From the NCBI GenBank assembly GCA_051294375.1, contig JBJCIZ010000761.1, forward strand, positions 1 through 14,224: 14,224 nt of DNA, given 5' to 3'. Shown piece by piece: positions 1 through 8,099 of the stretch (its first letter is position 1; each line of letters starts with the position of its first letter). The notes under the pieces were generated by a model. That model ran no database searches and was not told the DNA's origin. It saw only the letters and a program-made list of their open reading frames with translations. This DNA comes from Paraspadella gotoi. Taxonomy: Eukaryota; Animalia; Chaetognatha. The translations under genes and the position numbers were made by a program.

Positions 1-1619
1 AAAAAGAGAGAGGATAGCCACTGAGGGCTGTTAAATATGGGTGGTTAGATGTCACGTGATTGTACTTTACCGGGGTGTTTTTGGTCTATGGTTACACTTA
101 TGAGGCCGCGATAATGGGTAATATTACGCGCAATTGTGTCAACTTTTATTGGCAATCCCGAAAACAATTCTTAAATGTGCTTATGAATAAGGTAAAAGTC
201 GTTAAAGTGTGGGGCCTTTGATTATTAATTACCTAGGGCTGAGTAATAATCCAGCACTTTCTCGCATCATTGTAAATAGCCGTTTAGTTTTTTCATTTTT
301 TTTTTTTTTTTTTGCCAGTGTTTTTTTAGTTTAATGGAACTCAACGGATCCGGTTGCTGAATTCGGCTGCAGTAGGTCAGTGGTATTCCTCTGGAAAATT
401 TCATCTGAGCGGCGGTCTTCAGTAAACGTTTTTCAATGGAGAAAAGTGGATTCGTGTGTCTGCGTCCGACTAAGCGGCAGACAGATTTTTTTCTTTTTTT
501 TTAATATTTTGTCGTTTTTTGTGTCCGCGTCCGTCACTAACGGCCGTAGAAAACGGACAATTTTTTCATTTTTTCTGTCCGTGAAGCGTCTCTAACGGCC
601 GGAACAATTATCACATAAAAAATGTGGGGCGGGGCAAGAGGAAAAGAAATTTTTTTTAACTTTTTTTTTTAGCGAATGGCCGCCGATCGCAGAAGAAAGT
701 AAAAGTTTTATCGTTTTTGATTAGCTATGGCGTTTTTTAAAGTAAAATTATTTTAGAGAATTTTTTATTAAATAACGCCGAAGCGTTTTTTAATTAGTAG
801 GAAGCCGCTATAGAAAAAAGAAGCCAGTGACTTTTTTCTTAATATTTTAATATCGATGAGATGTGAATGACGGGCATATTGTAAATCCTCAAGTTTCGGG
901 CTTGTAATGCGCGACTCACATTGTGGAGAAATCTTAGGAAACCCATCAAAATTCGCACGCGCGCTTTTTTTCAACATTCTGCGGCCTTTAAGATTTTCGC
1001 GGGCGATTCTGACTTGCCTCTTTAGCAACTTATAATTCCGCTAGTTAATTTTTTTTTCATACGGAGCGAGTGATCGCATAAACTTTCTGTTATTGTTAAT
1101 GATTTCTTGCTGCGTAAAAAAAATAAAAATAAAGTATAATGAATAACATTAACATTGGGATATTAATGAAAGTAAAATGTCTTGTGAAGGCCGGTGGAGA
1201 GTTAAATAATTAAAAGATCGGCCTATTTTATTATTGAAAAATGACATTAAAATGATGAAGTAGTGTGAACGTCTTCCAGCTCATTTCAAGTAAAGCATCC
1301 CTGTTCTCTAACATAAAATAATGTTTACGTTTTTGCTTGGTGGAAAAAGAAAAGATAAATAGTTAGGCTGTGATGGAGGTGAATAATATTTTGTAGAAAT
1401 TTTGTAAGCATGCTTGTAATATCAGTGAAGGCAATAATTAAGTGAAAAAAAAATTAATATTTTCTTTATCCAAAAACTTTTAAAGTTTTATGCTATAGTT
1501 GACAATTTAGCCATTTTTTCTTTCAGAATCACTAAAAGGAATTTAATTTTCATTTATTTTATGGGGTTTCATTAGTTTTAAAATTCATTATAAATTTTGA
1601 CTTAGTTTGACAGCCACCC

Positions 1620-2112
1620 TGTAAGAGGTTTTCAGCAAAAATAATTCTAATATTGTAACTTGTAATGTGCCTAAATGATTATGGCTTCATTTTGGTACTA
1701 TTGGCCATCCCTGTATGCTTTGTTCCTTCAAGAGAATATCAGGAAAATCAGTTTTTTCTCTCACCTTCGCTATTTAGTAGCTGTCTTAGTTAGGCCTCAG
1801 GCTGGATTATAATCTATCCCAAACGCCAAGTTGATAACTAATTGTTGATGTAATCGTGCAATTGATGTGAGTTAAAAACCTTTAAACAAATTAATTATCA
1901 TTTCAAATAATTAATTCCTCAAAATCAATCCTTATTTCATACTTAGTTAACGTCATCCGGGGAGTAGAAAATTCAGTTTCTTCGTTAGCAGTGGGCGATC
2001 CCTGGCGTTCCAAAACGGTACTGATCTCCTCTAACACTTAGCAACGTTTCTAACAAAAGATCAAGTGTTTTCGTCGACGCCAGGTATTGCACGCGTACGA
2101 CCTCTCTTTACA
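1620..2112 (-). repeat. Probable 3' LTR (~493 bp)
   Basis: Starts TGTAAAGAGAGG and ends CCTCTTACA (imperfect terminal inverted repeat), with an internal TATA-like CTAAATAG. The partner LTR is not in the window, so the ends are unconfirmed. Confidence 0.5.
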
Positions 2113-2121
2113 CTCCCACCT
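2113..2121 (-). other. Polypurine tract (AGGTGGGAG) abutting 3' LTR
   Basis: Minus strand reads CAGGTGGGAG|TGTAAAG, a G-rich tract directly before TGT as in BEL elements. Confidence 0.6.
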
Positions 2122-2443
2122 GTACGTAACACGGACACTACAAACAAGAGAGGTCGTAGGCACCACTGTACTTCGCCCTATGGCAGTAGTCTTTGCTTCA
2201 GCATGGCAACCTCCTCTGCAAATTATCCCCAGAAAGTTCAATATCCCCTTCAGTCGTGTAGACCCATCTTGACGATCTTGTTGACAGCTCGTAACTCCGA
2301 TGAGGCTCCAATTCCAACCGGCGTCGTCGCTGCCCATTTGAAACAAAGCGAAGTCGCCCGGCGTCGAGCAGCATCATTCCCGGCCACGTTGTCACGATAA
2401 CGACTTGTCAACGACCCTGGGATCGTCTTCATGGCCGACGATG

Positions 2444-2692
2444 TAGCCGCCGCCGGCGTCGTCCCTTCGACGACGCCTCGAACGGCGGCTCTGCCTCGTT
2501 TTGTTAAGTTCCCGCGTTGACGCCCGTTTAGCCGGCACCAAGTCTTCATAACGATGTCCTTCTAGCCGCCGCCGGCGTCGCCCCCTTGACGACGCCTCGA
2601 ACGGCGGCGCCGCATCTTTGACGACGTCTCCTTCGTATCGTCCTATTAGCCGCCGCCGGCGTCGCCCCTCTGACGACGCCTCGAACGGCGGC
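2444..2692. repeat. Three 46-bp GC-rich direct repeats, each a hairpin (2444-2489, 2563-2608, 2647-2692)
   Basis: Consensus TAGCCGCCGCCGGCGTCG(t/c)ccc(ttc/ctt/tct)GACGACGCCTCGAACGGCGGC. GCCGCCG pairs with CGGCGGC and GGCGTCG pairs with CGACGCC. Confidence 0.92.
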
Positions 2693-3183
2693 ACTTCCTC
2701 CGGCTTGAGTTCTTTTCATTCCGGATCAGTGTGTGCGACTTCGTGCATGCAGTATAATTGATGTTGTATGATTTGGGTGTTGAAACCGATCGCCAACTGC
2801 TCTAACTCAGTTTATCTGGACTTGATCTTATGAGAGTCTTACTTCGATTGATGATCCGGTTTGGTTTCTTTGACCGTTTTCACTCTGGTCTTTTCTCTCC
2901 CCCTTCTTGTTTTTTACAAGAAATTTTGATTTGATTAGTTATGCACACTGTAAAGAGGAACGTAATGATTTGATATTTTGTTCCTTTGAATCACGAATAA
3001 TACAATAATACAATAAATATGTATGTAACAATAGTCATCGGTGTGTCCAGTTCATTTGTTCGTTGCTTAATTCCTTGACTCATTATCTCTACTGCATCAT
3101 TAATTTTCGTCAACCGTTGCTAGGCAACCTTCTTCTCCTCTTCTTATTTTTCGGCTCGGTTTTCTCTCGTCAACATCTCGCTC

Positions 3184-3186
<3 letters not shown>

Positions 3187-3215
<29 letters not shown>
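3187..3215 (-). repeat. Genomic poly(A) tract (29 nt) on the element sense strand
   Basis: T29 on the plus strand. The sense strand reads ATTAAAAATAAAAT immediately before it. Confidence 0.9.
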
Positions 3216-3217
<2 letters not shown>

Positions 3218-3516
3218 TTTATTTTTAATGTCTTTCGTTGTTCTTTTTCTCGTCGTTAAATTAGTTTATATTAAGTTTATTTGTTATGTTAGTTTTGTTC
3301 AAGATTAATTCAAATTTTTTTAAATTTTTCTTTTCTCAGTTTTCTCCCGTTATTATAGTCGTTTTTGTCATGGTACCGGGCATTGAAATATTAAATGCAA
3401 AAATTATGAATGTGCCTCCAGGCCATATGACTCGCCGACGAGGGTTTGGCGGTCGGCTCTGGAAGTGCCGGTCCGGGAAATCAGCTACACCAGATCCGAC
3501 AGTCTCTTAAGAAAGT

Positions 3517-4692
3517 TCAATTCGTTCTTTTCTTCGTCGCTTTCTTCGCCCATTCCGGATATCTTTCTCTCGGAGGAGGCGGAGGCGGCGGCGACATTGG
3601 CTGCAAGGTGGGAATCCTCCTTTTTGACGGAACCGGAACGCGAGAACGCGGCGGCGACCTCACGAAGTGTTCCATCCCTGCTGGTGGACGAAAAGAGGAA
3701 AGACGTAGATCCTGTTGCGGCGGAGATGGCGACCGTGGATGCGGACAAGACAGCGCTTCTATTTTCTCGTACATGCGTCCGCATGTTTGCGACCAAAGTC
3801 GCTCCGTCGTTGCCCGCCTCTGCTCTACCTCTCTCACGCGCCCTTCCAACTTCACCTCAGCTTGGATTCGTCTTTCCGTCTCTTTCTTGAGTTCCTGTTC
3901 GAGGCGCTCTATTTTTACGCGGAGATCGGCTTTTTCCATTTCCGCTCTCACGAGTTCCTGGCTTTGGCGACGGCATCTTTCCTCAAGCTTCGACCACCTG
4001 CTGCCGTCAAGATCCGTCTGTGATGCAGCCGAAAGTTTATTTTTCGTCTCTCCGGATGTCGTCGTTGTCGTTGCGTAGTCGACGGCCGGTCCAGATTTGT
4101 CAAAGATCACGACTCGAGTTGACGTCGCCGTTGGAGGTGGCGGCATGGTGGTCTCTGTAGTTGATTGTGATTGATGATTAGTCCGGATAACTTTGGCCAT
4201 CATTCGTAGCGTCTCCAGATCCGTCCCGTCGTTTATTGCCTTGATCAAGTCGTCGAATTCTGCTTCTCTCCATCCCCTGCATCTCGCCACCTTTCTCCAC
4301 GTTTTTTTTATTCTGCGTACCATTAGTTTATTTTCTTTCGTGATTTTAAAGTTTTTTAGGAAGAATGGCTCGTCGCCACTGTCGATCACTATTGGAACTG
4401 TAAAGTCAATTAATGCTCGTCGGTGCGGCGGTAGCGTTGACCTTTTGTTGAGGAATCTTGATGCAAAATCCTCGCCGTCTGCTGGAAATTGTTCCATGGT
4501 AGATGGCGCCGCAATTTCCTCGATCGACGCCGACGTAGCCAAAGAAATTGTCTCTGTTTCGTCCAGGGATATGCCGGGCTCCCTGAAGTCCCGTGCGAAT
4601 GGGAATTCCCCGAACATCTCCGCTTTTTCTTGGTCCGACGGCGCCCACATGACAGAGTCTAAATTGATGTCCATGTTGGAATATGATTCCAT
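3517..4692 (-). CDS. Accessory ORF7, ~391 aa soluble protein (acidic N-term, globular core, Thr/Pro linker, coiled coil, Pro/Arg-rich basic tail); not env-like
   Basis: Long open frame. The likely start is ATG 4692 (MESYSNM), after acceptor-like TTGTTCACTTATTATAG (4743-4744) and GCTTTCAG (4731-4732). No signal peptide or TM segment is visible. Confidence 0.75.
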   Translation of the reverse strand: MESYSNMDINLDSVMWAPSDQEKAEMFGEFPFARDFREPGISLDETETISLATSASIEEIAAPSTMEQFPADGEDFASRFLNKRSTLPPHRRALIDFTVPIVIDSGDEPFFLKNFKITKENKLMVRRIKKTWRKVARCRGWREAEFDDLIKAINDGTDLETLRMMAKVIRTNHQSQSTTETTMPPPPTATSTRVVIFDKSGPAVDYATTTTTSGETKNKLSAASQTDLDGSRWSKLEERCRRQSQELVRAEMEKADLRVKIERLEQELKKETERRIQAEVKLEGRVREVEQRRATTERLWSQTCGRMYEKIEALSCPHPRSPSPPQQDLRLSSFRPPAGMEHFVRSPPRSRVPVPSKRRIPTLQPMSPPPPPPPRERYPEWAKKATKKRTN

Positions 4693-4995
4693 CGCTATTT
4701 GTTGAATTTGGGATGTAGAATGTATTATATCTGAAAGCTTTCCTATAATAAGTGAACAATAAAAGAATGTATGGTAAATAAACATCGAGTCAAATTTCTT
4801 TTTACGATCAATGGACACTGTAATTGAGTTTATTGCAATTTAAGTATATCACATCTTTTACTTTTCAAACTCGGCCGGACTTTTCGTTTTTGCTCCGTTT
4901 TGATTCTGAATCACGTTGACTGGTAATGCTGGAACGACTTTATAATTTAAATTTAGATTGAGTTAATAACTTTGAAACTCTAGTTAACTATATAG

Positions 4996-5245
4996 CTAGT
5001 TTTTGCTTTTACTTATCGATCTAAATTCTGATTCGAAATTTTTCGAGTGTCTTTTGTCTATTTTTTCGCCCTCTACATTTCTCAGAAAAGTTTCTTCGAA
5101 CTTATCGCTTTTTGCCTTTAAGCGTCCTCAACTCGTCATTCATGTGGATGCTTGGGCGGTTTTTGTCCACTGACTTCGTTACAGCAACTTCCTTTACGAG
5201 GATGCCAAATCTTCCGAACTTTAACGCGATCTGTGAGATGTCCAT
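4996..5245 (-). pseudogene. Accessory ORF6, absent from ORF track: 47 aa as read (5102-5245), ~82 aa if one extra A near 5120 is removed
   Basis: MDISQIALKFGRFGILVKEVAVTKSVDKNRPSIHMNDELRTL, then KAKSDKFEETFLRNVEGEKIDKRHSKNFESEFRSISKSKN* in the shifted frame. Preceded by TTTATACTTGCCTTTAG (AG at 5259-5260). Confidence 0.5.
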
Positions 5246-5340
5246 TTCACTATTGAAACTAAAGGCAAGTATAAACGAAAATATAAATACGGTTCAACAC
5301 GATTCCAATATTTGAATGTTTTTTTTTTATGTCGGGTATT

Positions 5341-5652
5341 TCACGGCGTTTTGATATCTTTGACTTTATCTTTCGTTTGTTTTGAGAAGATCTTATTCTC
5401 AGCTTCCATAATATCGGCCCATCTGTCCAAGTTCTTAATTCTCCATTCATATTCTTCAGACTCTTTTTCCATCGGGAAACCGTGTGCGATGTAATTGTAA
5501 AATAATGATTCTAGTTTATCTCTATTCGCATTTCTTTTTTCCAGCGTGTCTTCAAGGTTATCCGGCGTCATCGCTGCGACTCTGGCTCTCTGTTGGATCC
5601 GAAAGCTCTGTGACTTTCCCGTCTCGTATTCGGTAAGTTCAGATTTGTTCAT
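5341..5652 (-). CDS. Accessory ORF5, 103 aa helical protein
   Basis: AAAAATG start 21 nt after CTTATTCAG (AG at 5674-5675). Shares a motif with ORF4. Confidence 0.65.
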   Translation of the reverse strand: MNKSELTEYETGKSQSFRIQQRARVAAMTPDNLEDTLEKRNANRDKLESLFYNYIAHGFPMEKESEEYEWRIKNLDRWADIMEAENKIFSKQTKDKVKDIKTP

Positions 5653-5722
5653 TTTTGTTTAAATGTCAATACACTGAATAAGTAGCGCTCAAAAAAAAAC
5701 GAACATAATAATAAATGATATT

Positions 5723-6004
5723 TTATTCGAGATTTGGTCTGTTTTGGTATTTCTTGTCTTTTGTGTGGTTCCTCATCGCTTTTTGGAATTTGGAGAAAAT
5801 TCGTTCTTGGGCGAATCTTACCTCGATCCATCTATCGTAGTACTTATTCTGTTCATTTAAATCGGCTTCTAATTGTTTCACTTTTTCTTTGTCATGATTG
5901 TATTTTTCCAATTGTTTTTTAATGTATTTTTCGTAAGAATCTTTCATCTTCATGGCATCTTCTACTGATTGTGGTGTGCAGTCGGCTTCTAGACACCATG
6001 TCAT
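5723..6004 (-). CDS. Accessory ORF4, ~93 aa helical protein (MTWCLEAD...)
   Basis: First in-frame ATG at 6004, downstream of CGTTCGTTCAG (AG at 6033-6034). Shares a DRW-x5-A-x3-IFSK motif with ORF5. Confidence 0.65.
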   Translation of the reverse strand: MTWCLEADCTPQSVEDAMKMKDSYEKYIKKQLEKYNHDKEKVKQLEADLNEQNKYYDRWIEVRFAQERIFSKFQKAMRNHTKDKKYQNRPNLE

Positions 6005-6061
6005 TGTTTCACATCGAAATTTGATCACTTCACTGAACGAACGGTAACAATTTTTGATATT

Positions 6062-6457
6062 CTACTTTCTCGTGGTTTCGACTTTCTTCTCGAGAGTTTT
6101 GATTTTTTCATCGATCTCTTTCTTCTCCTTTTCTAGACGGACTAATATTTCTTCATATATCCAAGAATTTACATACTTTTTTTCAGCTTCAAGGATTTCT
6201 GCTCCTTCTGTTTTTCTTTGTAGCAGGTTGTCTCTCTTTGCTTTGGCCCTTTCTAACGCCTTTTCCGGTGCGCTGGACTCTTCTTCAATTTCTGTTTGTC
6301 TTTTTTCGATCTCTTTTAATTCTACTTCGGGAAGGATTAGTTTTCGAGTAAGATTGATTGACTCTTGATATTCGCCTTTTTTCCATAATTCATGTCCTTT
6401 TTCCCATTCTTTACTAAGTTCATATCGTTTGTCTTTGAAACCTTTTGCAAGGTCCAT
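6062..6457 (-). CDS. Accessory ORF3, ~131 aa coiled-coil-like protein (MDLAKGF...)
   Basis: ATG at 6457 (AAAATG context) lies 5 nt after TTACTTTCTCAG. Confidence 0.65.
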   Translation of the reverse strand: MDLAKGFKDKRYELSKEWEKGHELWKKGEYQESINLTRKLILPEVELKEIEKRQTEIEEESSAPEKALERAKAKRDNLLQRKTEGAEILEAEKKYVNSWIYEEILVRLEKEKKEIDEKIKTLEKKVETTRK

Positions 6458-6536
6458 TTTGGCTGAGAAAGTAATTTTAATTAACGATAACATAACATTG
6501 TTTTTACCAACTGTGATAAACTATTTCACTATATTT

Positions 6537-6896
6537 TTAGATCATCGATTTCTGGATGTTTTTCAGTTTTTTTGTTGTTTCACTGATCTTTTTCTGGGTT
6601 CTTTCTTCGATTATACCGAAGATTTTTTCTCTTTCCGTATGGGTCTCTTTGGCTTTTTTAATGTTTTCTTTGAGCTGCGTCCACTCTTCGATTTTTTTCT
6701 CCAGTTTGGACATTGCTCTGTCTGGATGCTTTTTCACTTCCATCTCTTCCTCCTCGTTCTTCACTTTCAGCTTCAACTCTCTTTCGTTCATGACCAGTTC
6801 GAACACTTCTCTCCAATTATCTTTTCCTTCTTTCTCCCCCGCCAGTCTCTCCCACCTTCTTTCTATTTCCATCCATTTCTCATTCGCCGTTTCCAT
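6537..6896 (-). CDS. Accessory ORF2, ~119 aa coiled-coil-like protein (METANEKW...)
   Basis: ATG at 6896 lies 5 nt after TATTATTACAG. E/K-rich amphipathic sequence. Confidence 0.65.
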   Translation of the reverse strand: METANEKWMEIERRWERLAGEKEGKDNWREVFELVMNERELKLKVKNEEEEMEVKKHPDRAMSKLEKKIEEWTQLKENIKKAKETHTEREKIFGIIEERTQKKISETTKKLKNIQKSMI

Positions 6897-6966
6897 GGTA
6901 ACTGTAATAATACGTGAACGCAATTATCAAAACGAATTTTTATTATACGGATGTTTTTTGATTTCA

Positions 6967-7449
6967 TCATTTCGTTTTAATTTTTCTTCTAATCAGGAAT
7001 AGTCTCTTGTTTCTTTTTTTTGTTCTTTCTTTATCCTCGTCGTGTCTGTTGGTGGTTTCGTCTGTTTCTTCGGGGATGGTCAGTTCTTGTGGTTTCGGCG
7101 TTGTTTGTTGTTCGTTTTTTGGTTTTCTCGACATTCTCTTTGCAATGGAATTCCTCGTCTCCTCGTCGAATTCCTCCTCCGGGATCTTGTATATCTTTTT
7201 GTAAATTGTCTCTTCGTCGTCTACGGGCAATGGTGGCGGAACGTAAATGCCTTTTAGTTCTTTAGTAAGTTCCGTTATCATTTGTCTTCTCCGCCTGACT
7301 GCGTCTAGTATTATGTTTATTTCTGTGGTTGGTGCGTATCCCCATGATTGTACGGCTTCTACCTCCTCCCATAATTCCTTCACCATCTTGTCGATTGATG
7401 ATCTCAACTGTCTCTCAAAACATCCTTTTACAAATAGTTCGATGTTCAT
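6967..7449 (-). CDS. Accessory ORF1, 160 aa, unknown function (helical N-half, acidic/basic tail)
   Basis: ATG-initiated ORF ~150 nt after the pol stop, same strand, with K/E-rich composition like pol. The C-terminus may be altered by an A-run indel near 7015. Confidence 0.65.
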   Translation of the reverse strand: MNIELFVKGCFERQLRSSIDKMVKELWEEVEAVQSWGYAPTTEINIILDAVRRRRQMITELTKELKGIYVPPPLPVDDEETIYKKIYKIPEEEFDEETRNSIAKRMSRKPKNEQQTTPKPQELTIPEETDETTNRHDEDKERTKKRNKRLFLIRRKIKTK

Positions 7450-7601
7450 CTTTTCGATGCTTGTTATTCTCTATGTTTGCATGATTTTCGTATTGACATT
7501 TAATTATTCAATTTGTCTATTAGATTCTTTTCAAACAAATTCAATCTACCGTTCAAGTTTTTAGCTGATTTTTTATGTTTTTCTTTTTTCGGTTGACAGT
7601 T

Positions 7602-8099
7602 TTATTCCAACTCCAGTTGGACCAACGCATTGTGATGTCGTCGAAATGTTCTCCCGTCGGCGAGTCGGACGATTGCTTCTCTTTTGAGCGGGCCGTCTCC
7701 TTTCATCTCGGTGACTCTGCCCGTTCTCCACTGATCCCGCGGTGCGTTCGGCTCGACGAGCATTCGACGACTTGGCCCTCTTTCAGGTTTTCTGCCGAGT
7801 TTCGCCATTTTGTTCTTTCCTGTAATGAGATCAAATATTCTGTATGCCATCTTTTCCAGAATTCGTCAGCCACCTCTCTCACTTGTCTCCAAGCTGCCTT
7901 CATACAGTCTCCTTCTGCTGCTGCATATGGTAATAATGTTAATGATGTTGAGGTGAATAGATATGGATATAAAAAAATTGATGGCGACAGCGCTACTTCG
8001 CTTTTGGGATCGGATGACTCAAATGTTAATGGGCGTCGATTTAATATACCTGCGGTTTCACTTAGGATCGTCGCGAAGGTGTCGACGTCCAATTCGTTT
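7602..8099 (-). pseudogene. pol: Integrase C-terminal part of pol, split by two frameshifts (~8097-8099 and ~7764-7765)
   Basis: ILNRRPLT...LSPS...FWKRWHTEYLISLQERTKW...LKEGQVV (frame of 7703-8161), then MLVEPNAPRDQWRTGRV...RRHHNALVQLELE* (frame of 7602-7850). This is the typical BEL integrase tail. Confidence 0.9.

Noticed and set aside
380-1028. ORFs 380-595 and 768-1028, and short repeats such as CTAACGGCCG (537, 592) in the flank
   Set aside because: Non-ATG starts, low-complexity translation through T runs and no motifs. The repeats may belong to a degraded non-autonomous element, but no termini can be defined.
1604-1621. hAT/MITE-like terminal sequence (AGTTTGACAGCCACCCTG) at the proposed LTR end
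   Set aside because: No partner inverted repeat or TSD was found. It adds uncertainty to the LTR boundary at 1620.
2287-2345. Hammerhead ribozyme (CCGATGAG...GAAAC)
   Set aside because: The core should be CUGAUGA, and no stem II/III pairing could be built.
2444-2692. CRISPR array
   Set aside because: Eukaryotic retroelement context, irregular and partly homologous spacers, and no cas genes.
2889-2908. Strong purine tract AAGAAGGGGGAGAGAAAAGA on the sense strand as PPT
   Set aside because: It is not directly followed by TG(T), and the 2113-2121 tract fits better. It remains a possible alternative or secondary PPT until the 5' LTR is seen.
2949-2957. TGTAAAGAG, a 9-bp inverted match to the LTR start (2104-2112), as the end of another LTR
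   Set aside because: Neighbouring sequence has no homology to 1620-2112. It is better explained as the acceptor-like site, or chance.
3517-7449. env gene
   Set aside because: No accessory ORF has a signal peptide, transmembrane helix or Cys-rich ectodomain.
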